Below, one piece after another: positions 14,199 to 27,683 of a stretch of DNA of 64,000 bases. Origin of the DNA: Tubiluchus corallicola (taxonomy: Eukaryota > Animalia > Priapulida); the NCBI GenBank assembly GCA_030141605.1, contig JAQGDQ010000109.1, positions 124,001-188,000 on the forward strand, written 5' to 3'. The position numbers were made by a program, and so were the translations under genes. A model generated the notes under the pieces. That model ran no database searches. It was not told the DNA's origin and was given only the letters and a program-made list of their open reading frames with translations. Each line of letters opens with the position of its first letter. The first letter of the stretch is position 1.

Positions 14199-15110
14199 TT
14201 AAACCATTTTATAGCTTCTTTATGATCTTGCTTAACACCTTTGCCTAAATTAAAGTATATGTTAATAGTTTTAGACAGTTTAATTACTTCTATTAAAACA
14301 GATGTAAAATGTTAGTCCTGCCAGTAGATATAATTTTTTAAACATGTAAAAGAAAATACAGTTGTTAAAATGAAACTCAGTCACTCTGCTGCAACCCGTT
14401 TATGAAAACTTAAGCTATTTTTCTGTTTACAATAACAATCACGTATCTCAAATAAGCAAAAATATTCAATTTTTAAATTTAACCTGGCAGTAACACTAAC
14501 AAACATTAAGATACTGCAGTTAGGTTTACCTTGCAAGAATTTTTGCCCAACAAGGTGCTGCGCATGATCATGTCCAATATGAGCATAAGCCTTGGTCACA
14601 TGAAAATGAAGACTGTCAAAGTGAAAAGCAGTGTAATAGGCAAGCCAGACAGCAAATAGGAGTACACATACCTGTAAATATAAATGTACAAACCTATCAT
14701 TTCAGAAGTAGATGTACATGCTGAATATCCTTTACAAACTTTAAACAGCTGCAGTCACTTATAAAAATAATTAATTTGGTGACACCATCATTAACGAAGT
14801 AATTATTGTAGAGAAGATTGTAAACAAGATACGTGGACGTAGATTCTCTGAATAACAGAGGAACTACTGCATGCCTAATGGAAGTATTATTCCATTTTAT
14901 ACAATGTGTATTGAAAGTGAATATTAGAATACTTACTTCCACAACTTTCACCCATGTCGGATCAGGTTTTTTCTTTCTAGCCAAATAAACCTTGCCTCCA
15001 AAAGGAAGATCAGGATCCCAGTCGTCTGGAAGAGGCTGATATCGAGGGGTATCTCCAGCACTGGTGGCACGTTTCCTTGCTGATTTTTGTTCTTCGGAAT
15101 CTGAAACCAT
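14199..15110 (-). CDS. single-pass membrane protein with a Sel1-like repeat (3' end unresolved)
   Basis: Exons 15110-14937, 14671-14530 and 14244-14199, all GT-AG with consistent phases. Translation: MVSDSEEQK...DWDPDLPFGGKVYLARKKKPDPTWVKVVE|VCVLLFAVWLAYYTAF (TM) HFDSLHFHVTKAYAHIGHDHAQHLVGQKFLQG|KGVKQDHKEAIKWF. AQxxxGxxxxxGxGVxQDxxEAxKWF is the Sel1 consensus. Confidence 0.85.
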
Positions 15111-15442
15111 CTTAATTGGTGCGCAACGTTCACAATGTCTAGTAAGATTAATAATTTTGGTTAAAATTATTTCTTTCAACCAGGTTTTGATTCTCATGTA
15201 ATGTACACGTTTAACGTTTCAGCGAAAAGCGTCATCACCTTGTATCCCATAGCAACAGTTAAAATATATTTTTAGTAAAAATGTATTTTGCATGCTTAGC
15301 TGCATGTAAACTATTAGTGCTAAAAATTACAATAATAGCTTTAGTTTTCTTAGTTCTTTTTCCAAATTAATTTACAAGATATTTAAAGTTTTGTCAAAGA
15401 AAATGCCAGGGCTGACCTCTACTGAAGAAATCTTGAAACAAT
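15111..15442. promoter_or_regulatory. bidirectional promoter between the Sel1-like gene and TTC5, with an RFX X-box-like site
   Basis: The two start codons diverge 332 bp apart. GTATCCCATAGCAAC lies at 15242-15256. Confidence 0.6.
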
Positions 15443-18400
15443 ATGGCGACTTCCGTAGAAGAAGACTTTGAATCTCACGAAGCAAATAATTTAAGTTTAA
15501 ACGATTGTATCAATGTCGAAGACGGTTTAAAACTTGCCAGAGTATGTAACACATGGTTTCTTTTTTGATACTGAATAATAATTTAAATTTATGAATTGTT
15601 CATAATGAAATTCAATTATTATTGTGATTATGTACTTACTAAGTGATAACTAGTAGTAGTGATAAGTAATATGTGTATGCATAATTATGTATAGCGTATG
15701 TAGTTTAGGCCTATGAATTTATAAGACTATAAGTCGTGAAGTTTATTCAAAGAATAGCGCTAATTGGATTTTAAAAAACCTTGAACGTCTAAGCTAATGC
15801 AGCGAAATAATTCACAATATTCGATGGGGATCCAGCATGTTTTCAATATTGACTGTTCCCAGCGCACTGCAAAGAGTAAAAATTTACAAAAACGTCACAT
15901 TTGAACTTGGTGCAAAGCAAAATTAGACAAAAGTGAATAAACAACTATATTCTCACACTTAACAATAACACTCTTTGAAATTAAAATTTAGGTGTCTCAC
16001 CAAATTTAATCCACTTACATAATTATACCTTCATGTTAATAAATGCATAAACAGATTATTACAAGTTTATTTTAATTAGACAAATTGTTACAAACCCACA
16101 ACTAATTAAAGGTCAGTACCAAACTTCAAATTAGAAAGTTTGGGCTACCCATATACCATACTGGTTCCTCGCTCTTTAGCGCAAGCAAAGTAGCACAATT
16201 TCGGTATATGGGCTAGTGCGTTAAACAGTGCCCTACATAATAGCCCTATGCCTGCTAATAGATATCATGCTAACAATTTACCCTACCAAGCAACTAGATG
16301 CAAGCAACGATGATTCGTTGCTGGCCACTCGCTAAATGCTGACACTTTGCCTCAGAGAAATGGAATGCCTCTGATAGAATTCTCTCATGATGTTATATTG
16401 ATGGATTAATTATTGCTGCATTCACCTCACTTGCATTTACGTTGTCGGAAAAACAACACTAGAAATTCTCAGGAGTGTTGAAAAGAAAAGTCTATTAAAC
16501 AGAAATGGCTAGTATTATTAAACGTCTGCATGAAGCTTTTAAGAATATTGATACTGGACATGAGTTTTTATGAAAACAAACCCTAGTACAGGGATAAAAT
16601 CAGAAGTGAGATGTAATACTGCTAATGCTTTACAGTGTTACAAAGATGTTTTAGCAGAAAAAAGAGTCAATGTAACCAATCAAAGCTTAAAATTAGCTAC
16701 TGTTTGATCCAGCATCATTGAGTGTCAAAATTACTTGTTCAGAATGCACTTTAAAATAAGCTAACTGGACTAAAAGTTCTACCGAAAACATCATTGATGA
16801 ATAAGAATATGCATGAAATTAAGGCAGTGAAACCCCGTTTGAGAAACAAACATTTAATTGCTCAATAGCTAACTGGTAATTTATTTGCAGGACCATGTGG
16901 AAGAATTATATAGATTTAAAGATTGTTACTTTTTGGAACATGGAATAGAAGCAGCTAGTGAAAAAGAGGAAAAATTGCAGCAGAAGCTAAATGAAGTTCT
17001 AGAGGTTATTAATGCCATAAAATGTAAGTTTACAATCGACTAAACAGATATAAACAACTTTAATTCAAAGTTATTTCTTCGGTTGATTTTCAATTTTAAC
17101 GTTTTTACTTGTCTAGTTTCTTGGTGTCGGCATAGGAGGTGTTTTTTATTAGCAACTATTTATTTTTTTGCAGATAAATGTGATGTGTTACCCAGAGCTC
17201 AGCTACTTTATTTAAAAGGGAGAGCGTTAAACGTTATTTCTCAGTATGATCCGGTAGCCGAGGAAGTACTTTCTAAAGCTGTTAAATTAAACCCACATCT
17301 AGTCATGGCATGGAATGAACTCGGTGAATGTTACTGGAACAAAGGTGACATGCAAGCAGCATATAATTGTTTTGTTGGAGCTCTGGACATGGAGCGCAAT
17401 AAAGTGTCATTACGCGGCATGTCAATGGTGTTGCGTCAGCTTGGCGCAAATGCAGAACAAAAATTAAAGAGTATTGAAGAGAGTGTTTCCATGGCAAAGG
17501 AAGCTGTACAGATGGATGTTAAGGATGGTACTTCTTGGTGCACTCTGGGAACTGCTTACTTTTCGTTGTTTTTTGCAAGCAATCAGGATCCAGCTATATT
17601 AGCACAGTGCATGAAGGCATATAGTCAAGCAGAGAATGACATTGTGGCTCAGTACCATTCAGACTTGCACTATAACAGAGCTGTGGTTTATCAATATGAA
17701 GAAAATTATAAGCTGGCTATTATGGGTTATACTAGAGCAAGTGAACTTGATCCTTTGTGGGAAGATCCAAAGCAAAAGCTTGCAGAATTGATTGAGTATT
17801 TGGTAAAAGTATGTGAATTTGTAAAAACTAAAGGTCAAGTCAAAGCAAAGAAACTACACCAAATGATTAGTTGTATAAACCCTGTAAGAGACTTAGGACC
17901 ATATTCAGGTGGAAAATATACATCACAATCTGGAAAAACTGTTAAGCTTCAATATACGTCTTTCAAGAATCTTAGCGAAGGAATCAACCACGAGATGGTC
18001 GTGCTGGGTAAAGTTGTTTGTGCACTAGGTGATTCCATGCCTTTGTAAGTATCCTTTTTAATTTGAGCAAATGTAAACTGATGCTGTTCATTTAGCTATT
18101 TAACTAACGTGCCAGAGTTTATTGCTGTGAAGCTGAGTTTGCTAGCTTTTGTGCTATGGAGTCTTTGACATTCATGAATTCAAATATTTTGTTGCAAGTC
18201 AACAACCACTCAATAGTTATATGATGATGCCAACCAAACCATATGGTTTGCTTTGTTCTTAGTAGCATGTACTCTACCTTTTATTGGTGGTGTTTGTATT
18301 ACAATTCTGCTGTATTACTATTCTGATAAGCAAGTTGTTATATAAAAAAGTAATTATGAGAAACTGAAGACTATATAACACATTAACATATAGAAGTTTC

Positions 18401-19717
18401 TCTTAAAATTATGAAGCAGAGCTGTAAAAGTGCTAAAAATATGCAGAAATTTTGAGATGCTATAAATCTGTTTGTGGTAATTTTATTTTGCTTTTTTTTG
18501 TTACAGCACATTTTGCTTCATTGACTCGGAAAGTACGTGCCTTGCCGTAACTCTGTATAATCTAGCAGCTGGACAGGGAGTGATAATTGGAGACGCGGTG
18601 GCAATTCCTGAGCCATATATGGAGCACGTTGATTTAGAACATGAAGGAAATGTAAGCACCTGTTCTTTAAATTAAACTCTAAGAAAGTGCAGTTTATTTT
18701 TCAACACATTCCGGCTTAATTTTGCATTGCATATGCAGTGTCATTGCCAGTGTAAATATTATGTTATCTTACTGATTGGGGTAAAAGATGTTATAACGTT
18801 TTCATCAAAATATTTTGTACCATATAATATATTATTAAACGTTTTAGCTGTTAGCTGGTATTTCAGTTGCCAGGAGCTTTGCGTATTTGTAAAAAATACC
18901 AAATAGTAAATAAACTATTTAGCCAAATGCTTCTGGCTAGCAGCAGAAAATGGTTTGTCCTCGATGACTAACAATTGTTTCTTATATTTGAATAATTAGC
19001 TAGAAAGTTAATCAACAGCATTCGAACACAGCTATTGCTTACGTCCGAAACTAACCACAGTTCGTGCAATGGTAGGCATCTTCCCTTGCACATCAAGCAC
19101 GTTTGCGTAAGTGTTACTGCTTAAACGTGATGTGATGTCATGAAAATGGGCTCTACGTCATTTGACATCAGAAACTAACACTGCAGTTCATGATCATGGT
19201 TATCATGCTGTCGCCTTCTATTTGTTGGCCACGTGCACGTGACAAAAAGGCGCCATTGCCAGTCTTAGTAGATTCACTGAAGCAGAATAAACACAGAAGC
19301 AGTTAATGTCTTATGTGCTTGATGAAAACTTCTATACTTTTAGTTATTCTAACCATCATATTTGTTGTACAAGCTCAACAATACTGAGATGCCACAATTA
19401 AATAATGTAGTTGATAGATGTTTGCACCAATACAGGAGGTCATGAAATTCAAAGTTAAGTTGAGTACCTACAGTTTGTAGCCTTAATACTCGGCCACCCA
19501 TATTGATATGAAACTGCTCCATGTCTGTCTGTCTGCCAGTAAAAAATATTTATTGTCTATTTATATTAGTATAATATTCACATTATGCATTTTTTAGGTA
19601 ATCTCTTTTTGGAGTATACGTGTTGCCAATCCATTGGTGCTAGTTGTGAACAAGAGAAAATTTACACGAGACAAAATAGCTAATTCGTCGTTTTCTGTGC
19701 GCTCATTGCTTCAATGA
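15443..19717 (+). CDS. TTC5: tetratricopeptide repeat protein 5 (TPR array plus C-terminal OB fold), about 455 aa
   Basis: Exons 15443-15541, 16891-17023, 17174-18044, 18507-18651 and 19598-19717 total 1368 nt, all GT-AG and in frame. Motifs: VEELYRFKDCYF, LKGRALNV, LSKAVKLNP..VMAWNELGECYW, AKEAVQMDVKDGTSW, DLHYNRA, LGPYSGG, GVIIGDAVAIPEP, SIRVANPLVLVVN. Confidence 0.96.
16365..16707 (+). mobile_element. decayed pogo/Tigger transposase C-terminal remnant in TTC5 intron 1
   Basis: Broken translation RLHEAFKNIDTGHEF...EVRCNTANALQCYKDVLAEKRVNVTNQSL resembles the recalled Tigger C-terminal pattern (EAFxxIE...ALxCYKEIxxEKK...QTSL). Confidence 0.55.
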
Positions 19718-21872
19718 AGCAAACAAGAAACTCCAATTCAGTGACTCTGCATAGCTTGCAGAATTTACACAACTTTGGTCACTTAGCTTATCGTGTTAAG
19801 ACTTGTAGCAAACTTCACACATGCATCTTTAATATTAACATTGGCCGATTGCTGTTTTGAAACATGTTAGTGGACATTTCTAAATAAGCCTCATAAGAGT
19901 GTGTTGCTCAATGCTATGGAACTTGAGTAAATTGTGGTTCAAGTGATTTGACAACTTGTTGCACACAAAGTGAAACTTTTGGCCTATCAAGACAACTGAT
20001 TTCCAAAATTGAGCTGCTAGTGATTTTGTTTTTGTTACTGCAATGAGATTTTAGTAAATGTGATTAAAATGCCTGTGCTTCTAGTGTGTGTACATTAGAC
20101 ATGTACCTGTAAATTATAAATTGTTCTAGTCATCCAATTCTTTTTGTAAAAATATTTTTCAGTGCTTTGCTATGAAGCTGAAATACAATGCTATTTTGCT
20201 AAGTATGTTTTACTTGACGTGTGTTTTTTTGTTGATAATAGTGATTGAGTTTTGATATTACGCAGCCCACATAGATTGTCAGGCACTAATTACTTCATTT
20301 TATGTGAGAGAGTAGTGTTTATAATCGAGCCTCCTGACATCAATGTTATTCAATCCTTTGTAATGTACACACACACTGTTAGACCTTTTGTGTGAGTGTG
20401 TCAATATACAGAACAGCTTTCTTTTTTTGTTTGCAATATAGATCCATGGTACAGAAGGAACAGCACGTTGTCAGAAAATGTTTTATTAGTTCTGTTCTTA
20501 AGTGTTACTCGGGTCAAAGAATTACCTGTATTTATTACCAGCTCATTAGGCATGATCTGAAAATTCACCCTAAAGTCTAAATGTTAAGTGTACACGTTTA
20601 AGGTACAATAGTTTCAAATTCACTGCCGCATTCAAGATTTTACTAATTTAACTGATAACTGATTTTGCTGAAAAAAGAAAATTCCACAGAGATCTTGTGA
20701 TTATTATCAGATTTGAGTGATATAAGCACTAGAGTTGCCTCTTAACCAGTATAAAAGCCTCCGCTGTTCATATCATTACTTCATTTAGTGAGAGCTAAAT
20801 TATTGTGACACAGGTGAAGACATTACCTTGAACCTCGTGATCTGATTAGTGGTTAATAAGCTTACTGCATCGTGACTAGTGACTGGTACTGGAAACAGTG
20901 GGGTTCACCATTGATTAATTACTTGTCCCTTTACCAAACACTGACATGTACAGTATAGTAACTATGCAGAGAATTAGCAAATGCATTAGGCTAACTTTGG
21001 TGTTTGCATAACGATTAAAGTTCATTAGTCATTCTGTTACTCATTAGCAGAATAGCTTGATTTGCCTGTAGTTGGATAGGCCATTATTAAATCATTGTGT
21101 GTAGTGAAGTAAAGTCAGCATCAGGGATCAGTGTTGGTACTTTACTGTAGTGTGATTTTTATAAATACCACATTCCCAAAATTTTAGTCCGCAACTGTTT
21201 TCGTGACAGTAGCAAAGCATTCATCATATTTTTGCTCAGTGCAGGACATTTACTTGGTCTATTTTTAGTTGTGCGTGAATTGTTTTTTAAAATTTGAATT
21301 GGATGAAAAATCAGTGCTTATGCACACTACATGTGGATAAGAATTTTACAGAGTGCCTGTAACAAACTTGAAGTTAGCATAAAAAGTTTCACACATCGTT
21401 TATTTTAAAAACTCTAGTTTTTTCTGATTCGCAACTTTATTCCGCTAAAGCAAGCTGAACAACACTTCATACCTATGGAATGAAAATTATTGAAATAGCA
21501 GTGTAGAGCAAGAAATGATTTATATTTAACCAGAGTTACTAGGCTCTTGTAGGTGGTTTTAATAGGGTGTGTAGTTTACCATTCACTCTCAATAGTTATT
21601 TAAAAATAGGGTTTCTCTAACTATCTAATTAATATTAATAGCATAAATAATTTATTATAAACATTTCAATTTATTATCACTATCCCTGAACAAGAAACTG
21701 CATCGCAGGTTCTGGTTTTATTAAATCAGCCTTTTCAGTCAAATAATACAATACATAGACATGTATTATACTAGACATCTATTATACTAGAGACTTTAGT
21801 CACTAATAACACTGAATACGGAATCCATGAATGTGAACATTTTGGTCCATCTTTAAGATCTAAAGTCACAGT

Positions 21873-24539
21873 TTAGGCATCTCCCAAATCACACAGTAGA
21901 GACATTCCTCCATTTATGACACAGTCAGCCCTGTTACTGAAACGAAAAAAAATCATAATTGTTTTCATCATTACACACTATCAGCACAAAAATCATTCTC
22001 ACTATTGTTTTCAACAGAATATATCGCTGATGATACAATCCCACGGTTGATTAAATTTTGATATCAATACTTACTGCAATGTAATTCACCTATTATGTTT
22101 GTTTGTCCTTACATGCATTATCACCCGTTTATTGCTTCTCTTATTTTTTATTGTTTTTGTCTATTTTACTATATGTTTTCTGTAAAGTGTTCTGCCTTGT
22201 GCTGCATTGATCGTACACGGATAGGCACGGTATAGGAATTTCTTAGACTGGCAAATTGGGCCCGCTGCCTTTTGGTCATGTTCTACCCATCAAAGTAATT
22301 ACCATTATAATTATATGCTTCAATTTGTTCACGGATTCGTAAAAATTACATAATGAACTGAAAACGAAAGTCTTACAAGTTGCTCAGATCAATTCCTCTG
22401 TCTGGCGTAAAGGATACGTAATTATGTCGTCTTCCTTCCATTTCTCTCATTTTCTCACCCAAACTGGCAATTAATCTAAAAAGCATAAAATAAATCGTAA
22501 CAGCCATAAATGTAAATGATAAGATTATATTTGTGCAAAGGAGATAAGCGCAGTCAGTCATTAGTCTTGTCCATTTAAAGTTTTTAATTCTGTTTAAAAG
22601 TTAGAAAAAATTGTCTTTACTAAAATGTCGGATCTGTATGTGTACATGTATTTAATTATATTAAATATTATTAATAAAACTCCATTCACATAATTAAGCA
22701 ACAGGACATTTCTGCAACAAATGACATTTCTGCAACATCAGTAAACAGGCTGCTCATTGTAAAACAAACACGCACACAGATTGTGTGTTTTAGATGCTAT
22801 TTTCTTTCAAGAATTATTCTCAAAATGCTTCCTCTGTAACTTGCGTAAATTTCTAACCAATATCGTGGCCTACTGGGTAGTTACCAAATACTCAAACCGC
22901 TGCGTCATATTAGGCACATTTCAGGAGCTAGCTAGCAACTAGTATTTTAAAATTTCTAAAAAGTTGAGCAGATATGACTTTTTATTATTTTTTATTACCC
23001 AAAATTAGTTAAGCAAATTTTTGTGCAAGTTTGTAATACGTGTTTTATCAGTTGTTTTTCACATTACTTCACTAGCTTTTTAAATTTCAATATTTATATT
23101 CATAATTGCTTCATAATGCCTATTAAGTCAGCTACCAGGAAGGATTATTTCGTCCGTCGATACGCCAGAAACTTACAATAAATTGAGTTAAATATCAAAG
23201 CTCAATTAAACCCTTGAAACAACTACAATTAATGGCGGTTCTCGCTCATCCTTTCTCTTGACCGCAAATTAATTGCTTCACAATTGGCTAGTTTTAGCTG
23301 CAATTGCTCACATTTTTTCAGCACTGACTACGTCATGCTACTGAGTGAAATTTCATAGGCACTGCGTCTTTGCCTCTCCGGTCGTTTATAGTTATTTGTT
23401 AATGTAATACCTGATAGTTTTCTGTTCATTTAGTCATTACCACCTATACTAAAGGTAAATTTTGACAAATTTCTAGCCATCTTGGTCCTTTTATCAATTA
23501 TGAAGAAAAGTACAATATTAATGGAAACGAATAAGCGGGGCCTCCAACAATTGATTTTCTAGCTAGATGAAACGGAATGACAACGTAGCATTTGTCTTTA
23601 AAATGACAATAAATTGTTTTACTTATGAAGTAACCACTTATTACCTAAAAATTAATGTTGGCTTAATTAATTGGCGTCACCTTTTAGTCAGAAAATGGCA
23701 ATGACCTTACAACGGGTTAACGGACTGTAGTTACTGCAAAATTGAGCGTTGAAAGGCCAGATTGCAGGCTGTACGAGACACATGAAGCGTCCACACTAAA
23801 TGGTGAAAGCATGATAGATTCTTAATTGATTCAGTAATATTTTGATGTCATAAATAGTTCTGCGCTATTATTATCAATGTGCCATAAAACTTTACTTAAG
23901 TCCATCATTATTACACATTACATAATTTATACAACTACTATACATACCTTGCGCTAGTATAAAGCGATTAGTGTACGCTCAAGCCAGTATCAATGAATGT
24001 GTTTTAGAGTTTACTACTTAGTATTAAATCAATTTAGGATCATTAACGAATAGGCTAGAAAATAACAAATAAATTTTGTGCAAAATAATTTCTATTTCTC
24101 GCACGTGTTGCGCGTTAAGTGTCCTCGTGCATCATCTAACAATCATCTAATAATTGGAAATCATTGAACGTGTTTACTTTACGATATTTTGGCTATTTGT
24201 CTAATTACCTTCAGTGCTAAATCAGTTATTTTTTTCCATAAGAATTGTAGACAAAGTAACTACGTAATCCCGAATGAATTTCATCAAATAATGAACCTAT
24301 TTGTAATATTATTGATGTCATAGAAAATGGTAGCGGATTTTATTATAAAGCTAAAATCGTTGAGCAGACATACACTTGCGCGCAAAGATCAAAAACGTTT
24401 TAATTGTCCTATATGAAAGTGTAACATACCTGTCTAAAGAGTTACCACCTGATGGCTTAAGATCGATGTATTTTGCCTGCTTTAAAGTAATTAAACACGC
24501 GAACACACAACCGATCAGGAGAATTCTAGCTGTGGCCAT
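21873..24539 (-). CDS. secreted neuropeptide-like precursor (90 aa) with an arthropod calcitonin-A-like C-x9-C ring, C-terminally truncated
   Basis: Exons 24539-24430, 22475-22377 and 21936-21873 total 273 nt, GT-AG and in frame. Translation: MATARILLIGCVFACLITLKQA (signal) KYIDLKPSGGNSLDRLIASLGEKMREMEGRR HNYVSFTPDRGIDLSNFNR ADCVINGGMSLLCDLGDA*. AATAAA on the minus strand at about 21717-21722. Confidence 0.75.
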
Positions 24540-24748
24540 ACCGTTGCTAAATTCAAATTATCTGCAATACAAAAATCATAGTCAGTAAATTTGTAAACTT
24601 ATTAATGGACAGGCAAAGAAACAAAAAAGGATGCGATATGTCGACTACACAGCAATTTTGTGTATTTTTGTACTGAAGCATTTATTGTAGAATCATAGTT
24701 TCACTTCATACAACAAGTAAAACATATATTATAAGTAAATCTACTTAC

Positions 24749-24844
24749 GAAATTAGTTTTAAGTGTACCGAAGGCGCTCAACCGGTTACTGAATGTTTCT
24801 CTCCTTTCAAAGGCGGTTTTAAACTGGCAGGTTATGTGACGTCA
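24749..24844 (-). promoter_or_regulatory. promoter and non-coding first exon of the calcitonin-like gene
   Basis: Donor GTAAGT at 24748-24743, arthropod-type initiator TCAGT at about 24788-24792, palindromic CRE TGACGTCA at 24837-24844, and the next acceptor at 24562-24563. Confidence 0.55.
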
Positions 24845-27683
24845 TAAATTTTGCATCTTTCATCAAGTTGTAAGAACTTTCCTGTGCATATTTGCTTTGA
24901 AACATTAATTAACACAACTCTTCTGTATAAATAGCAGGCACTGTTAATAAAGAGATGTTATAAGTAACAATCTGGCAACAAATAAGTATTCTACTTATTA
25001 TTAAAGGAAATCTCCTACGCAGATGAAGCCATGTGCCAATTAGAAATGTTACGAAAACTGAAGCCAGAATAATGGAACAGTGCTCGACGGGAGGTGGCGC
25101 AAGCGCTCAAACTTCCAATTATTGTCGCCGCTACCCATTTCGCGTATGGATTCTTCTTAACAACGAACATTAATTTTAATTATTGATTAATTATTACGTG
25201 ATACGTTCAAGATAAGTGTAAATAAAATTAATAACTTCAAGCTTGTATAGCTATTTTCAAAAGTTTTCGGTTCTTGTAATGAAACACCTGTTTTTCCTAT
25301 GTCTTATCACAGAAAAAAAAGAATGAGTAAATTTAAGGTACCAAGTCGGACGCATGGGTCTCTGTTCTAGTGAAAATATGTACATATACATATGAAGAAT
25401 GAATGAATAAATAAATAAATGAGTGAGCAAGAAAAATGGATGAATAAACAAACAAACGACTGAGCATCTTCTTATTCAAATGTCTGTTAAGCCTTCGCAA
25501 TTTCTTACTCAAGGACGAACAGACTCAAAATCCTCTAACCAAACAACACCAAGCTAGTTAGTCGGCTTAAGAACAAGAAAACAAATAACCAAACAATAAA
25601 ATAAACGAACAAACGCGCGTACAAACAACAGATAGGCTGACAGGCAAATAGGTAGACAAGCAAGAGATAGGTAAGCAAGCAGGTAGGCAGGCAAGCGAAT
25701 GGACAGAAAATGACACCGTAAACAAATTAATAAATATTTGCTAGAACTAACAATTAGCTGAACGGTTTCAGCTGCCATGCATTATACTTCTTACCTGGCT
25801 ACTGCATGTATCTCAATGAAGTATGTGTATGTAAGATATCTCTGCCAATCTTTCTGTCTCATCCCACTAACTTAGCTTTGACAATAAGCAAGATTTTGGT
25901 CGCGCCGCCGTTATCCACGTTAAATCCTGTCGCAGAAAACTGTATACCTGGTTTACAGAGTTACAAAGCAAATGGACAGAAGAATGAATGAAAGAACAAA
26001 TGTAACCAGTAAGCAACGAATGAGCAAACCAGACATTAAACTAACTATTAGTCCACCAGTCAAATAACTAACTAATTAAAAAGAAGGGCTGGATGAAAGA
26101 AGAAGGGGTATCCTGCCAAACAGAAAGAAGAAAGAAACGGTTTGAAATTCGAAGAGTCTATTTTTGTGTGAAAGTTTGAGTGATTAAATTGACAAAAAAT
26201 GAAAGGAGCGAAAGAACTAGGGAATAGACGAACGAACGAAGAAAAGATAAAAGGAACAAGAAAACAAGCAGACGAACGAGTGAATAATCGAACAGCAAGC
26301 AAGTAAACATAAAGACACTTACACACTTGTATGGCGTACTTACTTGCATAACAGCCGTTATACTGAAAAAACAATTAGTAATTAAATAAGCTACGCCCAG
26401 CGGCAAGGTACTGTAGTAACACCGGATGCTATATGTGGATGTGAATCGTGGATTATCTTTTTAAGTAATTCCGAGTAGTTTCTATCTTTTACTAATACAC
26501 GCGAATGTGAAAACCTTGACCTTCAATAGAAAGCTATTCTGCATTGAAAATTCTATTAGTTTTGTAACGAGCAGGAAACGTTACAATGTAAATCCAAAAG
26601 AGGTCGCGCTGATCAAGTTCTTTTTAGAAAAGACGTTTGAGGACTTAGGGCAAGGCTGTATTGATGTTCTTTCTTGAAGGAAGTATTTACTTGAAATGAA
26701 CATTTGGTGCATCGTTCATTCTTATTATAATTATTAGTAATTTATTATTATTATCATGTATTTTTAGTCATATTTTGCATATTTCACAGTTCAAAAATCT
26801 ATGACCAAAGCTAGATGCTCTTACTGACTTGTTAGCTGGTAACACTGAGAAAACTAAATGTAAACGGCAAAAAAGTAGTTCACATGTAATCGTCGCTTCA
26901 GTAACCAGTAACAATTTTGTCCATGTTTCCTGTCATAAAAATATCACACCATATAAACTGTGCCACGCTCCACACATCATCAATCTAGAGCGGATTTTTC
27001 TGTGTTTTTTCTGTTTAATATAGTGGCTGAGTTTGATCAATAGAAATTTCAAACGATATTACTAAAAATATCATTTATTTACATAATAATACAATGAACC
27101 ATGATTAACAATATTCGTTCAAATAAACTCTTGGTGCGAGTTTAATTTCACAAAAAGTATTATAAATACTATAACATTAAAGAAGATTAACTTAAACATA
27201 ACGTAAAAGTGAAGTCGATACAAATAATTTGCTGTTTCTGTTTCGAGAGCCGAGCTTAACGCTTTCTGCTTTACTGTAATTAAAGAAAACGTAAAAAGGC
27301 CTACTTACTTTAACGATTCAAATGCTAAAACACAGAACTATCTTTTCGATAATAAGATAGAAATATCGCCGCGACGGATGGGCACTGTGTACAGAATAAG
27401 CTTAGGATAGACATTAGATAATTAAGTTTTTAAGTTGTCATTTGTATGCAAGAATATCGTTTTAGATAATATATGAAATTGAGCTGTTTCTAAAAATTGT
27501 TTTATGGCACAATAAATTATAAAGAAACTAAAGAACTTAGTTTGGAAAAGTTATTCCACTAAGCGTGGGTAAAGAAAGCTATGTCTACCAAAATTGCTGT
27601 TAGCTTTGAATACAATTTTCACTTCTTAGCAAGAATTAATGTGAAAGTCATTTAAGTGTTTTGATATTTTAAATTAGATGTAA

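Noticed and set aside
14697-15197. 166-aa ORF taken as a whole protein
   Set aside because: Only 15110-14937 is coding; the remainder reads through the intron after a GTAAGT donor.
15205-15240. GTGATGA...GAAACGTT as a hammerhead core
   Set aside because: The core is mismatched and stem II cannot form.
17083-17173. N-terminus of the 321-aa ORF
   Set aside because: It is intronic; the TTC5 exon begins after the acceptor at 17173.
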